A program made the position numbers and the translations under genes. Below, in pieces: positions 49,633-59,103 of a stretch of DNA of 64,000 nt (positions are counted from its first letter, which is position 1; every line of letters starts with the position of its first letter). The notes beneath the pieces are model-generated. The model was given only the letters and a program-made list of their open reading frames with translations. It had not been told where the DNA came from and made no database searches. The stretch is from assembly GCA_003598025.1 (NCBI GenBank), contig QZKH01000003.1:311218-375217 (forward strand), given 5' to 3'. This DNA comes from Candidatus Omnitrophota bacterium (GTDB lineage: Bacteria > Omnitrophota > Gorgyraeia > Gygaellales > Profunditerraquicolaceae).

Positions 49633-51110
49633 TTAAAACTCCCGTAGAATCTTAAAACCTGCCTCTTTGCCCAGGGAGGCATATCAATTTTTTCGATATA
49701 GACGATATCAGCCTTAGAGAATATTTTCAGCCTCTTTACTAACAAATACACAAGGCTAAAGACCAGGAACGAAGAAATTAGGTTTATTAACAATCCCCTA
49801 TTAAATAAGCACAAAATAGATACGATTATTGCCGGCATACTGCAGAATAAAGCCCGAAAATTTACTATTCCAAACTGCTTGTTTATAATGAACATAACCG
49901 CTGCGCATGCTAAAAAGCTGCTTGCGGCTGTGGCAACTGCCGCCCCAGTTATCCCGAATGCCGAAATAAATACGAAATTAAGCAAAATACAAATAACCGC
50001 GGTGATTAAATTTATGCTTCCTGTGAGGCGGATAAAATTAAAGACCGTTGAAACAGGATTATAAAAATATTTAATGCCCATAAACAAACTGCCTAAGGCC
50101 AGTATAATGAATATATTAATTGATTCGGCGTATTTGCTTCCGTATAACATAGGCATGAAAACACTGGCAAATACTATCCCGAGGGTTACTAAGAATGAAA
50201 AAAATAAAGCACATTGAGGCACAAATTTATTGAGATAAAATTTTACGTGTTCATTCCTATCCTGTATCTTATATGAAGTTATAATCGGCATTATCAGGGT
50301 ATACAAGAGTTGCGGGAGCATTACTAAATTTGATGTTAATGTCCAGGCTGCAGAATAAATCCCTACTGCGTAAGTAGAAATAAGTACTTTCAGCATATAT
50401 TTATCCACCCAATCCAGCGAAAAATTCCCCACAACAAAAAATATTACCGGCCAGGAAAAACTTAAGATATCACGGATCATCTTTGTATCGATGCCAAAAT
50501 GGCATATCCCTTTAATCCTCGGCCAAAATATAAGGATCGCGATAATATAAGATAAAGAAAGACAGCTGACCGCAAGGTTAAATCCGAAACTCTTAAAGGA
50601 AATTGCCAAAAACAGCAAAATGATAAAAACAAGGCTTCTTACCAGAGGCATTAATCCGAAAACTTTGAACTGAAGGCTACCCTGAAAACAAAAGTAAAAA
50701 AGATTAAATATTGCAAAAAATACGATGTAAATAAAAATTAAAATTGTTACGAAATGGCTATCTATGCTTAAAAAACTGCTGATCTTACTTCTTAATAAAA
50801 ATAACACTAAACCGACTATTATGGTATTTACAAAGACTATCGTTAATTCAGAATAAAAAGTCTTCCCGATAGACTTAGTTTTAAGAAATTCTTCGCTTGC
50901 AAACTTTGCCGCAGCCGGATTCAAAACCCAAGTAGAAGCAAACATGCTTAATATCTGCGCAGAGAACAGAAAAAGATTATACCTACCGTAATCATACGGC
51001 CCCAGAATCCTGGCTAATATGCTTACGGAAATTATCCCGCCAGCAAAAAGAAACAGCTGAGCCATAGATAAAAAACCATAATTATAAAACAAACGCCTTG
51101 CCTGGGGCAT
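49629..51110 (-). CDS. Wzx-type oligosaccharide flippase
   Basis: LARILGPYDYG, VDKYML, VGIYSAA, FGITGAAVAT; polytopic. Confidence 0.88.
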   Translation of the reverse strand: MPQARRLFYNYGFLSMAQLFLFAGGIISVSILARILGPYDYGRYNLFLFSAQILSMFASTWVLNPAAAKFASEEFLKTKSIGKTFYSELTIVFVNTIIVGLVLFLLRSKISSFLSIDSHFVTILIFIYIVFFAIFNLFYFCFQGSLQFKVFGLMPLVRSLVFIILLFLAISFKSFGFNLAVSCLSLSYIIAILIFWPRIKGICHFGIDTKMIRDILSFSWPVIFFVVGNFSLDWVDKYMLKVLISTYAVGIYSAAWTLTSNLVMLPQLLYTLIMPIITSYKIQDRNEHVKFYLNKFVPQCALFFSFLVTLGIVFASVFMPMLYGSKYAESINIFIILALGSLFMGIKYFYNPVSTVFNFIRLTGSINLITAVICILLNFVFISAFGITGAAVATAASSFLACAAVMFIINKQFGIVNFRALFCSMPAIIVSILCLFNRGLLINLISSFLVFSLVYLLVKRLKIFSKADIVYIEKIDMPPWAKRQVLRFYGSFN

Positions 51111-51115
51111 ATTTA

Positions 51116-52249
51116 TCAGTTGATTTTTATCCTTCCGGATACAATTGACATTTTGTTCAAAAGCTCTTCTTCTACCTTCATCGATTTACCGCTTAAATTC
51201 CTGTTTTCCTGCGGGTCACTACCCAAATCATATAGTTCTCTTTTTGCCGTTGCTTCGTTATATATGAGTTTCCAGTCTTTTGTCCTATAAGCACAAATAT
51301 TTGGCTTATTCGGAGAAGGGTGCGGACCGCTTAATGGCGCAGTCTCTATATAAGCCTCTCTGTCAATGACCCTATTCTCCTCTATGCCGTCATAAAAAGA
51401 TTCTCCCTGCATTTTTTTAAAACCCTCTTTCTGTTCAATCCCGAGCATGGCCATTAAGGAAGGCATTATATCAATAGTCCTGACCAGCGCATTGACCTGC
51501 CTGGCCTTCGGAAGTAAGGAATTGTATATAAAATATGCGAATGTCATTACTGTATAATCATATACAAATACGCCATAGCATTTTTCACCCGGCTTCTCGC
51601 CCAAAGAACAGCCATGGTCAGTCAATACCACTATTAAAGTATCTCTGAGGGCATTATCATTAGAAATCAAATCAATTATTTCACGCAGATACCTTCCAGC
51701 CTGCGCGACAAAACCATCATAACGCTCCAGGTTCCTATCTGTTTGGTGAAAATATTCTTTATCATCATCAGTAAATTTATTTACGACCTGACTGATAATC
51801 CCTGTATGGATATTGCTGTATTGGAAGAACAGAAAAAATGGGGCTCTTGTGCCTGCCTCTTTTATCATATCCTTATGCCTTAACGCAAGGTTATCTTTAT
51901 ATTCATCATGCACTGTTATTTCCGAGAAACCCTGAGCAGGAAGTATAATTTTCGACAAGACATCTGCCTTTGTATAATACCCTTGGCCCAAAAGATACTG
52001 CTGCAGCGTCATGCAATTATCAGCATCAAAATCAAGATTGCCGTAATAGGAATCTACACCGTTGCGGCAGCCATACATCCCGGTTAAAATCGCATGTACA
52101 GAGGCAACTGTGTATGGTGCATATGTAACCATGTTTGGAAAAAAAACACCTTCCTGTTTTAAATCCTGAAAAATCTGGAAAGAATCCAGCCTGTCTGCTC
52201 TAAGCTGGTCAATCATCAGAAAGATTATATTGGGCTTATTTTTCATCAA
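51116..52249 (-). CDS. sulfatase-like hydrolase/transferase (alkaline phosphatase superfamily, Thr at the nucleophile position)
   Basis: KPNIIFLMIDQLRAD, APYTVASVHAILTG, TDHG, DIMPS, ELYDLGSDPQE. Confidence 0.85.
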   Translation of the reverse strand: MMKNKPNIIFLMIDQLRADRLDSFQIFQDLKQEGVFFPNMVTYAPYTVASVHAILTGMYGCRNGVDSYYGNLDFDADNCMTLQQYLLGQGYYTKADVLSKIILPAQGFSEITVHDEYKDNLALRHKDMIKEAGTRAPFFLFFQYSNIHTGIISQVVNKFTDDDKEYFHQTDRNLERYDGFVAQAGRYLREIIDLISNDNALRDTLIVVLTDHGCSLGEKPGEKCYGVFVYDYTVMTFAYFIYNSLLPKARQVNALVRTIDIMPSLMAMLGIEQKEGFKKMQGESFYDGIEENRVIDREAYIETAPLSGPHPSPNKPNICAYRTKDWKLIYNEATAKRELYDLGSDPQENRNLSGKSMKVEEELLNKMSIVSGRIKIN

Positions 52250-53385
52250 TGTATGTTCCTCAGGATATTCATTATGCCACCCGGCGAAATACGCCTGGGA
52301 TTATTCGCTAATCTTTCTAAATTAGCGTTCCTGGAAATAACCATCAACTGCCTTTTTGTCTTTACGCCGAGTTTTGAAAGGCTTGTTTCAAGATTTATCT
52401 CTCTCATCAAATAGTATATTTTATCTCTGCAGCTATGGGCATCACGGCAACCCATTAAAGAATATAACTCTTGCAGGCTTTTCTTCACAAAGCTGCTTCC
52501 TCTTGTATCAGCCGAATCCGGATCTGTTATCCTGGAATTAAAAATAAGCGCCTCTCCGATAGTTAAGGCAACAGCATGGCCATGTGGTATGCCAAAATAT
52601 GAAGTTAAGGGATAAGATAAGGCATGTGAAACGGTTGTTTTAGTGATATTGATGGCTTTCCCCGCCAAATGCGCCGCCAGAGACATAGCCTTGCGGCTTG
52701 AACGGGATGGTGATTTAACAGCCCTAACAATATTATTTAACACCAGGTTAATCGCGCGTTTGGCTAATTTTTTAGAAGCCCTGTTTGAAGCAACGCTCCA
52801 ATAGGACTCTACTGCCTGGCAGAAAGCATCCATTCCCGTACAGGCAGTCAGATATTCATCCATAGATGTGCTCAGCTGCGGGTCAATAATAGCTGCTTCA
52901 GGCAATAAATATTTGTTAGAAACAGAATACTTTACTTTGTTACGGTAGAATACCGCAAAGTGCGTTGCCTCGCTGCCGGAACCGGAAGTCGTAGGTATGG
53001 CTATCAGGGGTTTCGGTTTACTGTATGTGTTTTCCTTTGATTTAACATAGTAGTCTATGCTTCTACTTTGGGGAGAGAAGAAATTGACTAATTTTGCCAG
53101 ATCAATAACGCTGCCTCCACCAACAGCAATAGATAGGTCCGGCAAGAATTTTCTATGCGCCCTGATACCTTTCTTAATATCAGATAATTTGGGGTTATCG
53201 CTAAAATCAGAGAATCTGCTGACTCGGTAATGTTTAAGAGTTTTGGTTAAGACGAATTTTGCACCGCTTTTTCCGAACGAACTTTTTCCTGAAAATAAAA
53301 GTATTTTCTTAGGGTGATACTTATCCAAAAGTTTATCCAGTTTTTTCAAACTGCCAAAACCAAAAAATTCTTTATATTTCTTCAT
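52246..53385 (-). CDS. phosphonoacetaldehyde reductase (iron-containing alcohol dehydrogenase)
   Basis: AVGGGSVIDLAK, IPTTSGSGSEAT, DAFCQAVESYWS, HALSY...HGHA; directly downstream of ppd. Start at ATG 53385. Confidence 0.88.
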   Translation of the reverse strand: MKKYKEFFGFGSLKKLDKLLDKYHPKKILLFSGKSSFGKSGAKFVLTKTLKHYRVSRFSDFSDNPKLSDIKKGIRAHRKFLPDLSIAVGGGSVIDLAKLVNFFSPQSRSIDYYVKSKENTYSKPKPLIAIPTTSGSGSEATHFAVFYRNKVKYSVSNKYLLPEAAIIDPQLSTSMDEYLTACTGMDAFCQAVESYWSVASNRASKKLAKRAINLVLNNIVRAVKSPSRSSRKAMSLAAHLAGKAINITKTTVSHALSYPLTSYFGIPHGHAVALTIGEALIFNSRITDPDSADTRGSSFVKKSLQELYSLMGCRDAHSCRDKIYYLMREINLETSLSKLGVKTKRQLMVISRNANLERLANNPRRISPGGIMNILRNIH

Positions 53386-53386
53386 T

Positions 53387-54514
53387 TTATTTAATGGATT
53401 CCATAAACTTTTTCTTAATTTCATATAACGAGGTTGTTGGCCGCCCTAATCCGGGCCTTGAGCCCTTTTTTACGATAACTTCTATTAAACACGGCCCATG
53501 CTGTTTTGTATCATTCAAAGATTTTATCAGCTGGCTGACAGAATAAACCCTGCATGCTTTCCTATATCTGCAGGCAAGGGCAATAGAAACAATATCAATA
53601 TTGAGCGCGGCTGTAGCTTGCCCTCCTACAGAGTCGTGACAGCCATTATTTAAAACGATATGCACAAAATTAGCAGGGGAAGTTGAGCCGATTATTGCCA
53701 TGCCGCCCATGTGCATAATAAGAGCCCCGTCTCCATCAAGGCAGTAGATCGATTTCCTGCTCTCTAACGCAACTCCTAATGCAACCTGAGAAGCATGCCC
53801 CATGGAACCAACTGTCATAAAATCCAGGTTATGCGAAAGCTCAAGTGACTGGCGAACCTCAAACAACTCCCTGGAGATATAGCCTGTTGAAGAAACAACA
53901 ATACTCCGGTCACTGATATTGCTGATTATGGTTTTTATTGCTTCTTCGCGGCTCATAAATGAAAGGTCGCTCTTTGGTGTTTTTGACGCTCTCTTTATAT
54001 AGGGCTCAAAGGTTCCCTTTTTCACTATAATTGCTACAGGACAGCTGCGCTTAATCATAATCCCGTAGAGTTCTTTGACAATTTTATCAGCTCCGGCAAG
54101 ATCCCCCGGCAGGATCCTGTAAGGAACACCCAGCGCCTTCAACATCCCTAAAGTGACTTTACCCTGTTTTAGATGCTGAGGCTCATCTTTAACCTGCGGC
54201 TCCCCGCGCCAGCCGATCAACAACAGCATCGGTATTCCATAAACTTCAGGATCAGCCAGAGATAAAAGTGGGTTAACGCTGTTACCCAACCCTGAATTCT
54301 GCATATATACGAGCCCCGGCCTGGCGGTAGCTAAGAAATTCCCTGCAGCTAAAGCTATCGCATTGCCCTCATTAGCTGCGATAATATGTTTTTTCCTGCC
54401 GACCGTATCCTCAATAAATGCACAAAAATCCTTTAAAAGAGAATCCGGAACTCCGGAAAAAAAGCTTATTTTTTTTCGCGTAACCAGTTTAAAGAAATCC
54501 CTTGGTTTCAGCAT
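53387..54514 (-). CDS. aepY: phosphonopyruvate decarboxylase
   Basis: [60 protein letters not shown]. Confidence 0.95.
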   Translation of the reverse strand: MLKPRDFFKLVTRKKISFFSGVPDSLLKDFCAFIEDTVGRKKHIIAANEGNAIALAAGNFLATARPGLVYMQNSGLGNSVNPLLSLADPEVYGIPMLLLIGWRGEPQVKDEPQHLKQGKVTLGMLKALGVPYRILPGDLAGADKIVKELYGIMIKRSCPVAIIVKKGTFEPYIKRASKTPKSDLSFMSREEAIKTIISNISDRSIVVSSTGYISRELFEVRQSLELSHNLDFMTVGSMGHASQVALGVALESRKSIYCLDGDGALIMHMGGMAIIGSTSPANFVHIVLNNGCHDSVGGQATAALNIDIVSIALACRYRKACRVYSVSQLIKSLNDTKQHGPCLIEVIVKKGSRPGLGRPTTSLYEIKKKFMESIK

Positions 54515-55821
54515 GTATTATCCTTCTCCCAATTTATTAAGCTGATTATTTCTTTTATCGGCATACACAAATTCTCACAATCATACGCCCTTTCGTTCTT
54601 GAGGATCTCTATGGCGACCTTTTCCATAGCAGGATAAGCGGCGCGCAGCAACTGGTTTGCATAAATAACCATATTCACGCCGTTTTTTATGAGCTCATTT
54701 TCATGGACTTGGCTGCAAGTAGAGGGTGCGACAACTAAAGGCACCTTTTTGTCAAATTCGGCATATTCCTTGCAAAAATTAAATATTTCCTCCGGGGTAT
54801 TTTGCCTGGTGTGGATCATGACCCCATCTGCACCGGCACCGATATAAGCCTTTGCCCTGCTGACAGCGTCATCCATACCCTTATTTAAGATAAGGCTTTC
54901 TACCCTGGCTATAATCATAAAATCATCAGTAACCTGGGATTTCTTGCCCATACTGATCTTATGACAAAAATTTTCTATACTATCCTGTGTCTGATTTGCT
55001 TCCGCGCCAAAAAGAGAATTTTTCTTAAGCCCTATCTTATCTTCGATTATTACCGCTGAAACCCCCAGCCTCTCAAGTGTCTTGACTTCAAAAATAAAAT
55101 GATCAGTTATACCGCCGGTATCCCCATCAAATATTATTGGCTTGGTGGTAACTTCTAATATCTCATTTAAGGATATCGACCGCGAGGTCAAATCAACACA
55201 CTCTATATCTGGCTTGCCCTTTGCAGTAGAATCAGTAAGGCTGCTGAGCCAGATGGCATCAAACTCTTTGTTTACCTGCCCATTAGAAAACCGCGCATTC
55301 TCTACTATCAATCCGGTAATACCATTATGGGCTTCAAGCACCCTGACAAAGCCTTTTGCCTGGAACATCCTTCGAAGCTGCCTGATCCTTACCTGAGGAG
55401 TAGTGCCTATTGAACGCAACTTTTCATGCAGCAGGGTTGAGGATATGCCTGCAGTATATGGGATTTCAACCAGCCTGCCGCCCCATTTTTTTAACGTTTC
55501 AATCACCCTATCCCTGACCTTTGCCTGTACACCCTCCCTCCAGTCATCACCGTGCACGACATAATCGGGGCGCAACTCTTCAAGGTTCCGGACATAATCC
55601 AGCGTATCCTGAGGCACCACCATGGAGACACCTTTTATATTCTCTATGATTATTTTTCTCTGCTCAAAAGACAGAAAAGGGATCCTCTTGTAGCTTGCTA
55701 TAGCGCTATCAGTAAGAAGCCCAACTGTCACCTCCCCGAGTTTTTTTGCTTCATTAATGATATTCAGGTGCCCGGGATGGACTAAGTCAGCGCTCATTGC
55801 CACATATACTTTTTTCGACAT
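54508..55821 (-). CDS. aepX: phosphoenolpyruvate mutase with N-terminal cytidylyltransferase domain
   Basis: DLVHPGH (HxGH), VHGDDW; PepM signature [10 protein letters not shown] (EDKxxxxxNS), DGDTGG, ARVESLI. Confidence 0.96.
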   Translation of the reverse strand: MSKKVYVAMSADLVHPGHLNIINEAKKLGEVTVGLLTDSAIASYKRIPFLSFEQRKIIIENIKGVSMVVPQDTLDYVRNLEELRPDYVVHGDDWREGVQAKVRDRVIETLKKWGGRLVEIPYTAGISSTLLHEKLRSIGTTPQVRIRQLRRMFQAKGFVRVLEAHNGITGLIVENARFSNGQVNKEFDAIWLSSLTDSTAKGKPDIECVDLTSRSISLNEILEVTTKPIIFDGDTGGITDHFIFEVKTLERLGVSAVIIEDKIGLKKNSLFGAEANQTQDSIENFCHKISMGKKSQVTDDFMIIARVESLILNKGMDDAVSRAKAYIGAGADGVMIHTRQNTPEEIFNFCKEYAEFDKKVPLVVAPSTCSQVHENELIKNGVNMVIYANQLLRAAYPAMEKVAIEILKNERAYDCENLCMPIKEIISLINWEKDNTC

Positions 55822-55839
55822 ATTTTTGTCTCCTTGTAT

Positions 55840-57591
55840 CTATTTTATGTAGCCAAGTTTTTTCAGTTCTTGGCTCACTGCTTCTATATCCTTCTTATTA
55901 TTTTTACTTATATATTCCTGCCTTTTAACGCGGCAATGAGAATAATCCTTGAATCTTGGCTCTTGCAGACTTAAAAAACTATCATTAAAAATCTCTTTAT
56001 TTACTTTTCCATCCAGGTCTTCTGGTATCGGCAGTGACCTTGAATATAATACATTGGCAAATATATCTACTATATCTAAACCAATGACCCTTGAATTTTT
56101 ATTTGCCTTTGGGCCGCAAAATATAAACAATGCTTCGATACTATGGTCTAAAACCGGCTCTTTGAATTTTCTTACATGTTTTCCCGATATGATTTTCGTC
56201 CTGTCACTAAACCCGCTGAATCCTATATATTCATTTTTTAGCTTCGCGATTATATCGGGCATCTCATTTAGAAACCGGCCTGAAAACACCTCTTCTCTTA
56301 AATAAACCCTTTCAACAATTTTTTCACCTGTATCCGGATCGGTGATTTCACTCAGTAATTTTATTAACTCCTGCCTGAATAACTCATATTCCCTGCCTTG
56401 GTTAATAATACCAAACGGCCGCTGGCCTCTGGTATTAATCGTTACGGGCAAATAATTGCTTGTCGGAGGAAGCAGACTGTAAGCCTTGGTCTTAAGCCAG
56501 TCAAAAGGACAAGGATTAGTTAAATTGTCATCGATAATATCTTTAGAAAACCTGAAAAAAGGCACTGAAGGAAGGTTAAAAGAAACTTTAATCTTATATA
56601 ATAAATTCATGATTTTATGCCATAAGCTAGCCTTCTTATCATGCTCTTTATCAGCAAAGTTTCTTACTTGCTCATTAATACTCACTAAGCCTAACAACTT
56701 ATTTTCATAAAGCCACCTATGCAGTAAAAATTCCTTATTATAGTTAGCAGCTCCGTGGTCAGAAACGATAAAAAGGTCGGTTTTGGCCAGATCTACCGCT
56801 GCCATGATTTCGCTTAATATTGAATCAAGCTTAATATAAAGGCTGTCAATATACTCTCCGTTAAGGCCTAGCATGTGGTGGGCTTTATCGGGGCTCATGA
56901 AACCAAGCGTAAACATGTCCCAATCGTAATTCTCCATTATGCATAATGCCGTATCCTTGGTTTTATTCATCTTATACACATACGGTTCTGGCCTTGAAAG
57001 ATCATAATCAAAAAATTTAGTTACTGCCAGTTCCGTAAAATACCCAACCTTTCTTAAGGGCTCACAAAGGAAAGCAGGATAACAGAAGTTTTCATCCTTT
57101 GGGCTTAAATAATCCGAAATCATTATGCCGTTTATCCTCTCAGGAGGAAATGAAAGCGGTATATTCATGACAACTGAATTCAAACCGAAATCACTAAAAA
57201 TATCCCAGTACCTGGGCTCATCAATCATAGAAGCATTAACTACTACGGGGCTTAAAATATTCTTATCGTATCTATAATAACCGGTAACGCCGTGTTTAGC
57301 AGGATTTTTTCCGGTAATAAAGCTTGGCCATGCCGGCAGGCTGTCAGGAGGAATAGTGGAATTCATTTTTCCGCTTGCCCCGCTATTGATCAACATCTTA
57401 AAAGTAGGCAAAAGCCCCTTTGAAACCATATCTTCCACTTTATCAAGGCTTATGCCGTCAATAGCTATCACGAGAGTCCTACATTGAGAAACAGACGACC
57501 TGCCTGTAGGTATAAGCTTAAGCGCGTCTTTAAGCAGAGCCATCGGCTCAAATTGCCTTTCAAATTTCTGCGCATCAAAGCTTTTGCTCAT
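55840..57591 (-). CDS. type I phosphodiesterase/nucleotide pyrophosphatase family protein (AP superfamily)
   Basis: VIAIDG, STIPPDSLPAWPSFITGKNPAKHG, VSDHG, PDI, C-terminal LKKLGY. Confidence 0.88.
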   Translation of the reverse strand: MSKSFDAQKFERQFEPMALLKDALKLIPTGRSSVSQCRTLVIAIDGISLDKVEDMVSKGLLPTFKMLINSGASGKMNSTIPPDSLPAWPSFITGKNPAKHGVTGYYRYDKNILSPVVVNASMIDEPRYWDIFSDFGLNSVVMNIPLSFPPERINGIMISDYLSPKDENFCYPAFLCEPLRKVGYFTELAVTKFFDYDLSRPEPYVYKMNKTKDTALCIMENYDWDMFTLGFMSPDKAHHMLGLNGEYIDSLYIKLDSILSEIMAAVDLAKTDLFIVSDHGAANYNKEFLLHRWLYENKLLGLVSINEQVRNFADKEHDKKASLWHKIMNLLYKIKVSFNLPSVPFFRFSKDIIDDNLTNPCPFDWLKTKAYSLLPPTSNYLPVTINTRGQRPFGIINQGREYELFRQELIKLLSEITDPDTGEKIVERVYLREEVFSGRFLNEMPDIIAKLKNEYIGFSGFSDRTKIISGKHVRKFKEPVLDHSIEALFIFCGPKANKNSRVIGLDIVDIFANVLYSRSLPIPEDLDGKVNKEIFNDSFLSLQEPRFKDYSHCRVKRQEYISKNNKKDIEAVSQELKKLGYIK

Positions 57592-57596
57592 ACTCT

Positions 57597-57953
57597 TTAA
57601 TCCTTGCCTTTGCCGTGTCCGGCATTACCATTAAAGGCCTCAATTTCTCTCTTTAATTTCTCGTACTGTTCCATCTTCCAGACAAAAAATTCCTGCGTAA
57701 GCCTGACCTTAGTCTTTATGCCATCAGGAGTCAACATGTACATATATCCAATTTTATTTTTTGAGTTTTTAAAATTCTTAATCTCAATAAAGCCTTTTTC
57801 AACAAAGGCATTGATAAGAAAATTGACTTTGCCTAGGCTGATCTTCAGCTTTTGTGAAAGGTAGCGCTGGGTGATCTGGGGATTAGCTTCGATTTCCGTT
57901 AGGACCCCTAAGGAATGCTCTAATTTGACTATATTATTACCATTATTATCCAT
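57597..57953 (-). CDS. EPS-associated MarR-family transcriptional regulator
   Basis: NPQITQRYLSQKLKISLGKVNF, FKNSKNKIGYMYMLTPDGI, EYEKLKREI-type C-terminus. Confidence 0.9.
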   Translation of the reverse strand: MDNNGNNIVKLEHSLGVLTEIEANPQITQRYLSQKLKISLGKVNFLINAFVEKGFIEIKNFKNSKNKIGYMYMLTPDGIKTKVRLTQEFFVWKMEQYEKLKREIEAFNGNAGHGKGKD

Positions 57954-57977
57954 ATATGTTCAGACCTTGAACATATA
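57953..57977. promoter_or_regulatory. palindromic operator, probably MarR autoregulatory site
   Basis: Perfect inverted repeat TATATGTTCA-GACCT-TGAACATATA abutting the MarR start codon. Confidence 0.7.
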
Positions 57978-58021
57978 ATATATCAGATAAAATAAAAAAC
58001 TCAAATAATATTTTGTAAAAG

Positions 58022-58050
58022 ATTATACTGTAGGCGGTTACATTTGACTA
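58022..58050 (-). promoter_or_regulatory. putative sigma70 promoter for MarR and downstream genes
   Basis: Minus strand reads TAGTCA-N17-TATAAT (perfect -10, 4/6 -35). Confidence 0.4.
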
Positions 58051-59103
58051 AAAATTAATACTGGCGCCTGAAGTGACGACAAAATCTCTGGAATTTAACT
58101 GCTGCAGCTTAATAAATACTCTACTATCTTTGCCGAAAACCCCCCTTACGCCTAAATTTAACTTCATGCCCAAGGATTTGCCCTCTTTGGAAAGCAGCTC
58201 AATGACTATCTCATTGTTATCTCCTAGTCTAAAATTTGACCCGAATTGGATTAACTTAACCTGGCTATCACCGTATTTAACCTCAAACGATAACCCGGTT
58301 TTTCTAAAAAGCTTCCAAATCCCATAAATAGATATGATTTTATATTGATTATCCTTCTTAGATAACCCTGCACCTAAGCGATATTTAATACAACCATCTT
58401 TGGGATAAAGATTCGGGCTTTCTAACTGTACTTTGAATTCAAGACCGCTATCCCTTGAATCAGCAAGTATATATTTTAACCTGTTGGTTGCATCAATGCT
58501 CCAGAATCCGTCAAATGCAATTTCATGATATGACTTTTTCTTGGTCTTAAGCTCCCTTCGATTGTAACTATATGAAATATTCTGGTTATCATTCAACTGC
58601 CAGGAATTCTTTAAAACAATACTACTGTCCCTTTTTGTAGCCACTTCAAAAGTGAGCCGGTTCTTTTTGTCCGCACACCAGAGGCCGGTGATGGCCATTA
58701 AATAAAAATGGCCCAAATAAAACTTATGTACCGATGTTTTATCCGGGCCGAGATTATTAAAATAAACGCCCTTTTCCTCTACAGTCTTGATTTCAAATCT
58801 CAGACTGTTATCATTGACGGCGAGTATATCGCCTTTTAAAACAAGCCTCTGAAGCCTGCCGTTTTCTTTCGAGCCCGTAACGGTAAATACCAGGTTATGG
58901 TCTTTATCCAGGCTCCATCTGCCTTCAAATTCGATTTTCGAAGGGAGATTCTCCTTTATCCTCCAGCGGTTTGGTTCATTAAGCTCATATATAAGATTAT
59001 TATTCTTATCGGCCTTGAATCTGCCGTTTACCGTTATGGCCCTTTTGGATCCGGGCTTTTTGATTATCAAACGGTTATTATTATCTACGGAATAAATCGG
59101 CAT
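58048..59103 (-). CDS. hypothetical beta-rich protein with repeated G-x-W-x-x-D-x-x-N-x-L motif
   Basis: About 8 degenerate repeats, C-terminal Phe. Start at ATG 59103 (TAATG overlap). Confidence 0.7.
   Translation of the reverse strand: MPIYSVDNNNRLIIKKPGSKRAITVNGRFKADKNNNLIYELNEPNRWRIKENLPSKIEFEGRWSLDKDHNLVFTVTGSKENGRLQRLVLKGDILAVNDNSLRFEIKTVEEKGVYFNNLGPDKTSVHKFYLGHFYLMAITGLWCADKKNRLTFEVATKRDSSIVLKNSWQLNDNQNISYSYNRRELKTKKKSYHEIAFDGFWSIDATNRLKYILADSRDSGLEFKVQLESPNLYPKDGCIKYRLGAGLSKKDNQYKIISIYGIWKLFRKTGLSFEVKYGDSQVKLIQFGSNFRLGDNNEIVIELLSKEGKSLGMKLNLGVRGVFGKDSRVFIKLQQLNSRDFVVTSGASINF

Noticed and set aside
52246-55821. Fosfomycin or other phosphonate antibiotic cluster
   Set aside because: No HppE epoxidase, FomA/FomB kinases, NRPS or exporter recognised; the context is glycan assembly.
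52246-55821. Aminoethylphosphonate or methylphosphonate pathway
   Set aside because: No class V AEP transaminase and no MpnS/HepD-like cupin seen; the Fe-ADH points to HEP.
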